From assembly GCF_902652985.1 (NCBI RefSeq), contig NC_047018.1, forward strand, positions 29,140,001 through 29,204,000: a DNA stretch of 64,000 nt, given 5' to 3'. The notes under the pieces are model-generated. The model was given only the letters and a program-made list of their open reading frames with translations, searched no databases and was not told where the DNA came from. This document shows, in pieces, positions 27,650 through 40,136 of the stretch. Positions within the stretch are counted from its first letter, which is position 1, and each line of letters starts with the position of its first letter. Source of the stretch: Pecten maximus. Taxonomy: Eukaryota. Both the position numbers and the translations under genes were made by a program.

Positions 27650-28035
27650 TATTTTATCGCCCCATTAACAGTCAGGGTCATTTTGATAAGGGGTTTCCTA
27701 GTGGCGATTAGTGACAACCTCATTGAATAACATATGGAATGTCCGTCACATGCAATTCAATTCAATTCAATTCAGTTATTGACTTTAGGTCTATGACCCA
27801 TCAGTACATAAAATAATATACATGTATATATAGATGTATATATATATATATATGAATACAACATGTATTATAATAAAATTACAAAAGATGCAATCCAAGA
27901 CAATCAGTGTTTTGCCCATGAGCACAACGACGACAGCCCAGGCCGGCCCGTTTCTCAGCTTCCTGAGAAACACAAACCAACACGGGTAGGGAGCGTCGAA
28001 CTGCTGGTGGACTTATATCCCAAAAGGGAGCCTTT
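27650..28035 (-). mobile_element. tRNA-derived SINE (second copy at ~30235-30470 in the duplication)
   Basis: Minus strand has a B-box-like gcagttcgacgctccc, then gtcgtcgttgtgctcatgggcaaaacact and a 3' end aaatgaccctgactgttaatggggcgataaaa similar to the other SINE tails in the window. Confidence 0.6.
27757..27894 (-). mobile_element. 138-bp 5'-truncated non-LTR retrotransposon 3' end with (TTGAA)n tail, inserted into the SINE
   Basis: (caatt)n run at 27753-27773; ATGCAAT direct repeat at 27750-27756 and 27888-27894; absent from the duplicate copy (acatgcaatccaga at ~30331). Confidence 0.7.
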
Positions 28036-28052
28036 ACCTGTATGCCACGTTC

Positions 28053-28520
28053 TAATTCATTAGACAAATGACACGGTTCGAAATTTCAATTCATTAGAAT
28101 GGTAACACGGCTCAGAATTTGTATTCAGAAGAATAGTTACACGGTTCAGAATTTTAATTCATTAGAAAAGTGTAACGGTTCAGAATTTTGATTCATTAGA
28201 ATACAGTCATGGTTCAGAATTTTAATTAATTAGAATAGTTACACGGTTCAAAATTGAATTCATCAGAATACTAACACGGCTCAGAGTTTAATTCATTAAA
28301 ATAGTGACACGGTTCAGAATTTGAATTCTTTATAATAGTGTCACGGTTCAAAAATTTTATCATTAGGAGAGTGTCACGGTTCAAAATTTAATTCATTAAA
28401 ATAGTGTCATGGCTCAGAATTTGAATTCTTAGAACAGTGTCAAGGTTCAAAATTTAATTCATTAGAACAGTGTCACGGTTCGAAATTTAATTCATTAAAA
28501 TAGTGTCACGGTTCAGAATG
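28053..28520. repeat. 33-34-bp minisatellite (shorter copy at ~30493-30680)
   Basis: Unit aattcattagaatagtgacacggttcagaatttt; acacgg at 28071, 28105, 28139. Confidence 0.85.
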
Positions 28521-29613
28521 TTCAAGCCTATTTTAGTCACCCCATGTGTGTCAACACTTCAGGACATTATCAAATAGAAGACAGAAATAAACATTCCATT
28601 TTTTTTTCATTCCTGAATGGTATTGAGTGCTCTTTGAATAATTCTACCAAATACTAGTATCGTCTGCAAATTGTTCTACTCTGTCCAGGAAGTGATCGAA
28701 TCGGTCGAAGGTCATTATATGCAGCATTCCGACCATAACAACACTGATGAATCTACTGCCGATCCCAATGACCATTAACGTTCTCTATCCATCACCACAT
28801 AGACTACATACAAACTGTGTAATGTCCAGTGAGAATCAGTGACATTGTGATAGAACTAGAAGACAATTTTAATTTTCTGTTTATTTTCATAACGACTCAT
28901 GTGAGTTTGCGTCTTATGAACACCATATCTATTGATCGAGAGAAATGATCAAACTGGTAGCCTTGTTTAATTCTTGGAAGATCTAAATGTGCCAAAATAA
29001 TATATACATTAGCGTGGTATATACACGTGTGTGAAAGGGGAAGGTATATGTTTTTATGTACGCGTTATCATATAGTCAAACAGTATCTATCACAGCCTTA
29101 TATCACAGGCAGTTACCCGAGTTACCAAAAATGAATAATGTTATATAATAATAAAGATAGTAATTCCTAAGACTTTGTGTTTCCTTCTTTTTTCACAAAC
29201 GCAATCACAAAGCTAACGTTTGTAACCTTTTATAAATACTCGTTCTAATACTAACAGAGAGATGGACAATAAACATGCATATTTTGTACACTACGTCTCA
29301 GTGACGGATATAGATAATTAGTTTGCGGAGTTGCATTTTCGTTGTTGCATCCGATTCACTTACGCTTCGCACATGCAAACATTCCAGCTGAGGAAGAAAC
29401 TTTTTCTGCGGGTCGGAGGACAACTTCATCAGAGAAGATATACATGTAAATTTAGAATAAGCGCATGTATATTTGACGTTCTTTTGAAATCGAATGTTGA
29501 ATATCATGAAATCCTTTAACGATTAAAAGGGATTCGCACTTCCCCGTTGTGGTTTTGACATCTGTTTCGACCAAGTCGCCTCCGGTGTACCGTCATTTCA
29601 GGCTAATAGAATT

Positions 29614-30165
29614 ACTGACTGACGAGTCCTAGAAGAACGTAACAGTTGTAAGGTGTAGGATGAAACAGCTATAAGGTGTCCCTTCCATCACAGGTGAGTT
29701 CTAGAAGGACGTAGCAGCTATAAGGTGTTACTACCACCACAGAGAGTCCTAGAAGGACGTAAAAGCTGTATGATGTCACTTCCATCAGAGACGAGTTCTA
29801 GAAGGACGAAACAGCTGTATGGGGCCCCTACCACCACATACGAATTCTAGAAGGACGAAACAGCTGTATGGCGTCCCTATGATCAAAGACGAGTCCTAGA
29901 AATCAAAACAGCTGCATTATGTCCCTATCATCACTGATGAGTTCTAGAAGGACGAAACAGCTGTATGGTGCCCCTACCATCACAGACGATTTCTAGAAGG
30001 ACGAAACAGCTATATGATGTCACTAAGATCACGGGCGAGTTCTAGCAGGACGAAACAGCTGTATGGTGTCCTCAGGGTCACTGAGGAGACCTATAACGTC
30101 AAACAGCTGCATTGTGTCCCTGCAATCACAGACGAGTCCTAGAAGGACGAAACAACTGTAAAGTG
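29614..30165 (+). ncRNA. Second tandem array (~11-12 x 49 bp) of minimal hammerhead motifs; unit at 29929-29970 has an intact core
   Basis: CATCA-CTGATGA(29934)-GTTC-TAGAA-GGAC-GAAA-C-AGCT-GTA-TGGTG. Helix I CATCA/TGGTG, helix II GTTC/GGAC, palindromic helix III ACAGCTGT; predicted cleavage after 29965. Confidence 0.85.
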
Positions 30166-32102
30166 CAGTTTATTTCATTTTGTGCCCTACTGTATCTGAA
30201 CTCCCAACTTTATAGAAAGGTTCTGAAATCTTTAGTAGTTTATCGCCCCATCCCTCAGGGTCATTTTGATGCGGGGTTTCCGAGTGGTGATTAGTGACAA
30301 CCTCATTGAATAACATACGGAATGTCCGTCACATGCAATCCAGAGCAATCATTGTTTTGCCCATTGACACAACGACGACAGCCCAGACTGAGTTTCTCAG
30401 CTTCCCGAGAAACACAAACCAACACGGGTAGGGAGCGTCGAACTTCTGGTTGGCTTATGAATTAGTGAGCCTTTACATGTACACCACCTTCTAATTCATT
30501 AGAAAAATGTCATGGTTCGAAATTTCAATTCAGTAGAATGGTAACACGGCTCAGAATTTGTATTTATAAGAATAGTAACACGACTCAGGATTTTAATTCA
30601 TTAGAATAGTAACACGACTCAGAATTTTAATTTATACAATAGTAACACGATTTATAGTGTTAATTCATTGAAAAAGTGTCATAGGAAACATACTGAGAAA
30701 GAACTGATTTGAAAAGCGATCAAGCGTAGGCTATTGCCGGACATTTAACCAATAATAGGTAAATAAAATGTCAATAGTTCATGACTGTCGTAAAGTATCC
30801 TCGATCGTCCTTTTCCGTATATATTTATAGAACCAGAAAAATACATTGCGAGTACAATGGTCTTATAACCAAAACAATTTTACAAGTGACCACGCATAAG
30901 GGTCGATTGTTAATGCAGTATTATCTTTAAAAAAAGAAAGAGAAGAAAGAAAAAACAAAGGAGACTCGTAAAAACCTCATAGAAAACAGAGGTAAGCAAA
31001 TGTTACTGGTATGTAGCCCTAGACGTTTCCTGTAATGCCATATCCAACAATCGTGCCCCCTGTCTACGAGGTAAATGACACGATCTACGATACTGTGGGT
31101 ACAGACATTAATTGAAAGATTGACAATACGAAAACAATAACAAAAGTCTGTATTTGAGGCTTTAACAAATATTTAAAAATTTCCAACAATGGGAAAATGT
31201 CATTGTTACAAAATAACAATAAAATAGTTTTCGATAACGTGTTTATTAGCGCGATAATAAATCCCATAACTGACATCCATTTCAATTAATATTTTCCTAT
31301 CCTTCAACTATTATGTGCATATATTAAATATTCGGAATAGGTTCATATTTATATTACTATTTTGACATGTTTACGATTTATGATTCCGGGATGACGTGAA
31401 TATGTTGAGTTCATTCAGTGAGTTTGTATAACTACCAATCATCCATCTACCTTGCGCAGTCTTCACATACAAATACAGTGAGGTTTAGTTTAATGTGGGG
31501 GTAAAACAATATCCTTAAATTAAAAGATATGTCAAAATCTAAAACATTGTATAAAAAGGGAAAACTAAATACAAAATTATAGCCTTCAGGAACACGTGAT
31601 AAAAATGCATAAATGCACAAAAGGACTTCAAATTGACAACAAAAGCATAGCCTAGTATCAATACACGATCGTTCCTTGAAGCTACGGTTATTCGAAACAT
31701 AATTATCTAGCATTCTGGTGATATGCTTCATTATCTAACAAAATTAATGTAAACGTGTCATTCGAGGTATTCTGAGATACATAATTATTAGCCACTGCAC
31801 AGATGTGTATAAAAATCATTCTTTATCAGTTTTACACACCATATAACATTGTTATAAATGTTAATATTGTAACGGCTCCTCAAACTAACCATACATTGCA
31901 CAAGCAGGTTCGCAATCACATGGCGCCCTTTAGGTCAGATACCAGATGTAGCCATTAATTAAGTTTGGAAACATCTACTGTGATTGTGGTTACAAATTTA
32001 TGAAAATTTAAATAACATTATGCTTATAAAAATAAGTAACAATGTAAAAATGACATCACTTTATCATAGCATTAAATGTGATTTAGCTCCGCCCTTAGTA
32101 GC

Positions 32103-32993
32103 CTACATGACGCTCCACTCTGGAGGACCGTTATAAAGGTAATCGTCATCGGGATTAGGAGGAGGGTCGGGATCTATCCGAAACATTTTCTCCAGTCTTC
32201 GCATAGACTGGTCATATTTCGTATTCGCGTGAAGCACAGAGTCAGAAACTAACGCAGGTATTTCAATCTCGGGCGGCTTTTGATAGGCATATACAGGACG
32301 ATTGAACTCGGGGTTAAGAAAGTTTGTCGCCGCCGGTAAAGGTTGATGTTTCATCCAGCTTTCGTTTTTCCAATCGATCTTCTGATTGTGGTTCTTCTTT
32401 GGGGCGTTCCATGCCTTCTCATCGACCTCATGATTTTCTTTAGGTTTGGTCGGTGGTACAAACTTAGGCTGGAGACGTCCTAGCTGTGCCTTTTTGTGTT
32501 TTATCACTTTTTTATCCGATGACGGTAGACCTAGAAGATTTCGCACGTTCTCTCTGTTCCTGTCATTACAACAGGAGCACTGTAGCTGACCAATGCCTTC
32601 ATACACAGGAATGATGTGTCCGTAGGCTGCGTAGTGGAGGTAGTCCGCCACTAGACCGTCCACAAGGGTATGACTGTCGTTCGGGGTCATAGGCATCTCC
32701 ACAGTCAAGCGTGGCTTCTGCACCATCTTTGGTTGGTCTGCGTCATCGTTAGGATCAGTTCCTGGCAACGGCCTCACATGTATTCTTGGCTTACTGAGGG
32801 AAGTCGTGTTAAGAGCTGCCAGATTGGCCTTTGGTTCGTTAGAAGGTGGAACCGAGGGACCTGCCTTGACCGGTACCGAGGCGTTGGAGTAGGGAACACG
32901 AGGAGTTCGGGGAGTTGGGACAGCGAACGATTCCTCCCGGATTGGCGGCAATTTTTGCATCCGGGTGACAGAATACTTTTGTTTTGACGCCAT
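32103..32993 (-). CDS. Uncharacterised 296-aa Pro-rich protein, single coding exon
   Basis: Long GC-enriched ORF with strong context aaaATGG. Acceptor at 33048-33049 and upstream donor at 33394-33395 suggest a 5' UTR exon. No domain recognised. Confidence 0.75.
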   Translation of the reverse strand: MASKQKYSVTRMQKLPPIREESFAVPTPRTPRVPYSNASVPVKAGPSVPPSNEPKANLAALNTTSLSKPRIHVRPLPGTDPNDDADQPKMVQKPRLTVEMPMTPNDSHTLVDGLVADYLHYAAYGHIIPVYEGIGQLQCSCCNDRNRENVRNLLGLPSSDKKVIKHKKAQLGRLQPKFVPPTKPKENHEVDEKAWNAPKKNHNQKIDWKNESWMKHQPLPAATNFLNPEFNRPVYAYQKPPEIEIPALVSDSVLHANTKYDQSMRRLEKMFRIDPDPPPNPDDDYLYNGPPEWSVM

Positions 32994-34427
32994 TTTGGTA
33001 TCTTGTCGTGCTTAATCAATGGATGTGGGCACTCTGAATAGCGGTATCTGAAATATTAAAGAATTTTATGTTAAACTGCTAACTGAAATATTTAAGCATA
33101 TGATGTAATAGCGCTAAATAAAATATTAAAGAATTTGACGTATAATATCGAGTAATGTCTGCACTACATGAAATGACGTGTATTAATTAACACGTGATTA
33201 CTACCTGACACTGAATTCAAAGTTTTATATCTAGATTCCATTGTGGCAGAAAACGTGATGTTCCAAAAATAGAACAATATAATCCTATACTTATATTATG
33301 TATACAATGTACATATAAACATACTATACGTACCTAGGTATAAGAACTATTAATAAGATAGATAACATTTTAAAACTACGAGTGTGAATATTTACCATGC
33401 CCGTTGATCGTTATCCCGTGACAGTAATTAATATCTCCATGATATACAGTACTGTCCATAACTGTCCATAGCCGACTCCATTCCATAACGTCAGGAGGCC
33501 GCCATACTTGTTTAAATAGTTGTCATGACGCAGCGAGTGGTCGATTTAAAAATATATACCTGAAGGGTCTCCAGAAATACTCGGATACGTCTATACCAGG
33601 ATAAAGAGCTACACTATAGTGTTGTCTACCTAGCTGAGGTAATCGCTTCCCTATACAAATAACCTGACTGGCTTTTATATCCGTACCCAGAGTCCATCAA
33701 TAGGTTCGGGCACGTTCCGGGGACTAAATAGATCGATACCATTCAGGAGGCTACCCAATACACATACAGACAGGTGGTTCACAAGTACACGTACATAGAG
33801 TCACGCAATGTGAGTGTGGTGCTATGTTTAATTAAATCTCTTTAAACTTTATCTCGATTCACTCATTTTTATATGATGAAAGAATTTAGCTTTTAATGAT
33901 TTTCCCCGATAACATAAATATCAAATTGTTCAAAGTCTAATATTTAGCGAGCTCGACTAGTAATATTTAGTTTAACTAGAAAAACTTTTCCCGTTGATTT
34001 GCATTGGATCACTGACTTATAGAAACTGTTGTCATTTTTTTTCAATATTGACATGCAGTTCCATGGTACTATTACATATGTAACACAATGGTGTTTAAAG
34101 CCCCACACAGTTAAAATTTTAAATGAATAGTCAACGTTTTTGGTGCGTCATTATTTTTCAGCTCTATACTGACGGAGACGGAATGCCCATTTAAATCAAA
34201 CACCTGCAGGCCTAAATGTCGCTATGAATATAAAACAAATCTCCAAAATACCATTTATCTTTAGGTTCGTGATATATTGTTCACTACATATGTAATACAG
34301 AGAACAAAGTTACAAAATAATCAGCCTCCAAACTAGACAATGTACATTATCGATGTCTCTTGTTTTATATACAAAACTGCATAATCGGGCATTAATTATT
34401 TAATTACGCTGTCATTATCAAAGCTAG

Positions 34428-34703
34428 ATATTTGGTTTGGTTTATTTGTTTAAACAACGTGCCAGGTTTTGACAGTGGAGGAAAGCCGGAGTACCCGGAG
34501 CAAAAATCACTGGCCTTAGGTCAGTACCTGGTAAGTGACTCACTGGGATTCGAGCTTGCAACCCAGAGGTGGAAGGCTAGTGATGAAGTGTCGGGACACC
34601 TTTACAACTCTGCCACCGCGGCCCCTCAAATCTAGCTATATACTATAATTGTTCTATATGATAAAGTGTCGGGACACCTTGACAACTGGGCCACCGCGGC
34701 CCC
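34428..34703 (-). mobile_element. V-domain tRNA SINE with locally duplicated 5' head
   Basis: Similar to the 40137-40362 element (ggaggaaagccggagtacccggag, gcaacccagaggtgga, aagtgtcgggacacctt). TSD-like tcaaagctag at 34418 and 34704; head segment repeated at 34660-34703. Confidence 0.85.
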
Positions 34704-34772
34704 TCAAAGCTAGCTATATGACAGATGCAATCTCTTCCCCAACGGGTTATATCACAGTCTTAAAATTTAATA

Positions 34773-37700
34773 AAGGGACATGTACTGTTTATAGAGGGAT
34801 ATGTACTGTTTATAGAGGGATATCTACTGTTTATAGAGGAATATCTACTGTTTATAGAGGGATACCAACTGTTTATAGAGGGATATCTACTGTTTATAGA
34901 GGGATATCTGCTGTTTATAGAGGGATATGTACTGTTTATAGAGGGATATCTACTGTTTATAGAGGGATATCTACTGTTTATAAAGGGATATCTACTGTTT
35001 ATAAAGGGATACCTACTGTTTATAGAGGGATATCTACTGTTTATAAAGGGGTATCTACTGTTTATAAAGGGGTATCTACTGTTTATAAAGGGATATCTGA
35101 AGTTTATAGAGGGATACCTACTGTTTATAGAGGGATATTTACTGTTTATAGAGGGATATGTACTGTTATAGAGGGATGCTTACTGTTTATAGAGGGATAT
35201 CTACTGTTTATAGAGGAGTATCTACTGTTTATAGAGGAATATCTACTGTTTATAGAGGGATATCTACTGTTTATAGAGGGATATCTACTGTTTATAACGG
35301 GATATCTACTGTTTATAGAGTGATATTTACTGTTTATAAAGGGATATCTACTGTTTATAGAGGGGTATCTACTGTTAATAGAGGGATACCTACTGTTTAT
35401 AGAGGGATATTTACTGTTTATAGAGGGATATCTACTGTTTATAGAGGGATCTTTACTGTTTATAGAGGGATATGTACTGTTTATAGAGGGATACCTACTG
35501 TTTATAGAGGGATATGTACTGTTTATAGAGGGATATGTACTGTTTATAGAGGGATATGTACTGTTTACAGAGGGATACCTACTGTTTATAGAGGGGTATC
35601 TACTGTTTATAGAGGGATATTTACTGTTTATAGAGGGATATGTACTGTTTATAGAGGGATACCTACTGTTTATAGAGAGATACCTTCTGTTTACAGAGGG
35701 ATACCTACTGTTTATAGAGGGGTATCTACTGTTTATAGAGGGATACCTACTGTTTATAACGGGATATCTACTGTTTATAGAGGGATATGTACTGTTTATA
35801 GAGGGATATGAACTGTTTATAGAGGGATATCTACTGTTTATAGAGGGATATGTACTGTTTATAGAGGGATATCTACTGTTTATAGAGGGATGCTTACTGT
35901 TTATAGAGGGATATCTACTGTTTATAGAGGAGTATCTACTGTTTATAGAGGAATATCTACTGTTTATAGAGGGATATCTACTGTTTATAGAGGGATACCT
36001 ACTGTTTATAACGGGATATCTACTGTTTATAGAGGGGTATCTACTGTTTATAGGGTGATATTTACTGTTTATAAAGGGATATCTACTGTTTATAGAGGGG
36101 TATCTACTGTTTATAGAGGGATATCTACTGTTTATAGAGGGATCTTTACTGTTTATAGAGGGATATGTACTGTTTATAGAGGGATACCTACTGTTTATAG
36201 AGGGATATGTACTGTTTATAGAGGGATATGTACTGTTTATAGAGGGATATGTACTGTTTACAGAGGGATACCTACTGTTTATAGAGGGGTATCTACTGTT
36301 TATAGAGGGATATTTACTGTTTATAGAGGGATATGTACTGTTTATAGAGGGATACCTACTGTTTATAGAGGGATACCTTCTGTTTACAGAGGGATACCTA
36401 CTGTTTATAGAGGGGTATCTACTGTTTATAGAGGGATACCTTCTGTTTATAGAGGGATACCTACTGTTTATAGAGGGATATTTACTGTTTATAGAGGGGT
36501 ATCTACTGTTTATAAAGGGATACCTACTGTTTATAACGGGATATCTACTGTTTATAGAGGGATATCTACTGTTTATAGAGGATATCTACTGTTTATAGAG
36601 GGGTATGTACTGTTTATAGAGGGATATCTACTGTTTATAGAGGAATATCTACTGTTAATAGAGGGATACCTACTGTTTATAGAGGAATATCTACTGTTTA
36701 TAGAGGGATATCTACTGTTTATAGAGGGATACCTAGTGTTTATAGAGGGATACCTACTGTTTATAGAGGGATGCTTACTGTTTATAGAGGGATATCTACT
36801 GTTTATAGAGGGATACCTACAGTTAATAGAGGGATATCTACTGTTTATAGAGGGATATCTACTGTTTATAGAGGGATACCTACAGTTTATAGAGGGATAT
36901 CTACTGTTTATAGAGGGATATCTACTGTTTATAGAGGGATATCTACTGTTTATAGAGGGATACCTAGTGTTTATAGAGGATATCTAGTGTTTATAGAGGG
37001 ATATCTAGTGTTTATAGAGGGATATCTACTGTTTATATAGGGATATCTACTGTTTATAGAGGGATACCTAGTGTTTATAGAGGGATACCTACTGTTTATA
37101 GAGGGATGCTTACTGTTTATAGAGGGATATCTACTGTTTATAGAGGGATACCTACAGTTAATAGAGGGATATCTACTGTTTATAGAGGGATATCTACTGT
37201 TTATAGAGGGATACCTACAGTTTATAGAGGGATATCTACTGTTTATAGAGGGATATCTACTGTTTATAGAGGGATACCTAGTGTTTATAGATGATATCTA
37301 CTGTTGATAGAGGGATATCTTGTGTTTATAGAGGGATATCTACTGTTTATATAGGGATACCTACTATTTAGAGGGATATCTACTGTTTATAGAGGGATAT
37401 CTACTGTTTATAGAGGGATATCTACAGTTTATATAGGGATACCTACTGTTTAGAGGGGTATCTACTGTTTATAGAGGGATATCTACTGTTTATAGAGGGA
37501 TACCTAGTGTTTATAGAGGATATCTGTTTATAGAGGGATATCTACTGTTTATAGAGGGATACCTACAGTTTATAAAGGGATATCTACTGTTTATAGAGGG
37601 ATATCTACTGTTTATAGAGGGATATCTACTGTTTATAGAGGGGTATCTACTGTTTATTGAGGGATACCTACTGTTTATAGAGGGATATCTACTGTTTATA

Positions 37701-38082
37701 GAGGGATATCTACTGTTTATAGAGGGATATCTACTATTACAGAGTGATATCTACTATTATAGAAGATATCTACTATTATAGAGGATATCTACTGTTTATA
37801 AAGGGATACCTACTGTTTATAGAGGGATACCTACTGTTTATAGAGGGATATCTACTGTTTATAGAGGGATACCTACTATTACAGAGTGTATCTACTATTA
37901 CAGAGGGATATCTACTATTATAGAGGATATCTACTGTTTATAGAGGGATATCTACTGTTTATAGAGGGATATATACTGTTTATAGAGGGATATCTACTAT
38001 TACAGAGGGATATCTACTATTATAGAGGATACCTACTGTTTATAGAGGGATACCTACCATTTATAGAGGAATACCTACTGTG
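34773..38082. repeat. 21-bp satellite, ~3.3 kb (~155 copies)
   Basis: Unit gagggatatctactgtttata; produces the (TVYRGIS)n and (LLFIEGY)n pseudo-ORFs. Confidence 0.98.
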
Positions 38083-39410
38083 TATGAAGGAACATTGTTG
38101 CCAACATCTTTTTATGGTGGGTGAATTAGAGTAAAAACTAATAACAATAATACGTTGTGTCATCAGAAATCTAGCAGGGGTTGTACTATCAGGGTGAACT
38201 GAATTTCCGTTTAAACATAAAAAATTATTGCGAGTCTGGATGAAGAAAATTAATGTCCAGGTCCTGGTTTTATCAACTTTCATCTACGTAATGAATTCTG
38301 TCAAGATTTCAATAGGAAAGACCGATTGGATCAAAGGGAAACATTAGTTAAGGAACTGACCTTAAATTCTGTAATGCTTCCAAAGAAAAAAATAACTTAG
38401 AGATTTCCGTGGCAAAGAAATATTGGCGAAACTGGCCCAAGCTTTGTTAAGGCTTCTAATGGTATTTTAGTAATGGATCACAGGACATGATGGTGGTGAG
38501 TCTACAGCTTAGGTTATTTATGATGATGTTGTTATTTTGGTTCCATTTTGTTACTGTTTGACAATTTATACAAAATAGGCAGACCATGATACAAGTTCGT
38601 ATAAATTTTTACCACAGGAAACGACCTAAATAAACTCGGTTTCTCCGGGGATCCGATCTCTGTGCTTTGGCAATTGAAAATAATATGGAATATTTTAAAC
38701 TTCATAGCGAACATAAGAATGTCTCTATGATAAACATAAATGATTTTATTTTAGCTGTAATTGTCTGCGAGTCCTCAGATCGTATGTCAAATTAGGAACA
38801 CGTGGATGAAACAGGGATGAATGACCCACGATTTGAGGTGCTACGATTGTACTGTGCCGCGAATGAGAAACAATCTTTAAGGTGTTATTATTTTAATACA
38901 TGTATTTTCATACTATTAGTAATATTAATCTGACTATTTGACATCAGTAAAAGCACAAACAAAAACACCGTTTATTAACAATAATAATGCAAATATTTTC
39001 TTCCAAAATCGACCCAAGTCTGACAACCATTACGGACCAAATCCAATATGGCGACGTGCATTTCGGCTTATTGCATAAGTCGGTTAATCGGGTAAAAAGT
39101 CCCCGAAAACAGGCAACCCTGATTAAGCGGAATGCACTGTACATGATATTACATAACATTATTATCATTAATGATGGTTGGACATTAGGCCAAAGGTAAT
39201 AAAAAAAAATTGAAAAATGAAGTAAAACACAAATATCGCTCTGATTTAGACAGTTTCTTGTTGGTTATGTTAGATGACCAAAACCAGTAATGAATACTTG
39301 CTCAAATTGTCTAAATAAGGTACAACTGAATGAAGAAAGATGACATATTAAATGACAGCTAAGTTTCCATTTTAAACTTAAGATGAAATGTATTCATAGT
39401 CAGTCCATAT

Positions 39411-39990
39411 AAACAAGGGGCCCAATGGGTCTATATCTCTAAACTTATGAAGAGAATGTTATGTTGGAAAACTGGACATCATGTGTGACTTTTTAAAGTT
39501 TTAAGGTTGATCAAGGTTATTGCTAATCTCAAATTAACCCTTCTTTCATGAACCAACTTGGTTCCCCTTATACCAAAGCATGCTAATGTCAAAGAATCAT
39601 ACTATTGGGCCTCTTGATTATTAAGACGTTTAGAAGATTTTTTCATAAGTTTACCTTTGAAAGTAGGTCAAGAAAACTGTTTTAAACAAACTTGTTAGCC
39701 CTTCGTCATAACATACTGCTGACCAAATAGCATAACCCGGGGCCTCTTGGTTATTGTGAAGAAGTTGTTCAAATATTTGAAAACATTTGATCTTTGTGAC
39801 TTTGACAGGTCAAGGTCATGTATTTGAACTCACTGATTTGTCCTCCCAACAATCCATGCTACTGACACAACACCATGACTATATTGGTTATTAAGAAGTT
39901 GTTTGAAGGACAAAGTTGACACTACACAGACAATGTATGCCACACCATGGCATAAAGTCACTTGCTCTATGGGAAGGTGATCACACAAAA
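39411..39990 (-). mobile_element. Decayed Helentron-associated (HINE/pearl-type) non-autonomous element, same family as 54308-55706 in opposite orientation
   Basis: Starts aaacaaggggcccaatgggtct, the reverse complement of the family end ggcccattgggcctcttgtttt. Degenerate core repeats (aacaaacttg, gcctcttggttatt, ggtcaaggtca). Ends in hairpin aagtcacttgctctatgggaaggtgatc. Confidence 0.7.
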
Positions 39991-40136
39991 ATACATCCAA
40001 AACCAAATGACCTCTACAAACTGTTTGGTTGGTTATAACAATGAAGGTAGTAAAAAGTGCTTTGCCTTGTTAATCTTTAAGACTACAAGCTTGAGAAAAC
40101 ACAGGTATACACCAATAGCAGTGCGAGTGTCCTCAG

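Larger units (their letters stand above)
26142..30680. repeat. Tandem segmental duplication (~26142-28230 duplicated at ~28681-30680) including the 3' part of the last exon of gene 2
   Basis: ctgtccaggaagtgatcgaatcgg...aatgaccattaacgttct starts at 26142 and again at 28681. Collinear similarity continues through the 3' flank, the 49-bp array, the SINE and the 34-bp repeat. Confidence 0.95.

Noticed and set aside
27191-30165. CRISPR-like appearance of regularly spaced repeats
   Set aside because: No unique spacers, no cas genes, eukaryotic context; units are contiguous and explained as hammerhead motifs.
33515-33535. X-box-like gttgtcatgacg upstream of the 296-aa gene
   Set aside because: Only a half-site match; too weak to claim RFX regulation.
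34649-38134. Long (TVYRGIS)n and (LLFIEGY)n ORFs
   Set aside because: 21-bp satellite; frames switch at single-base indels, no coding signature.
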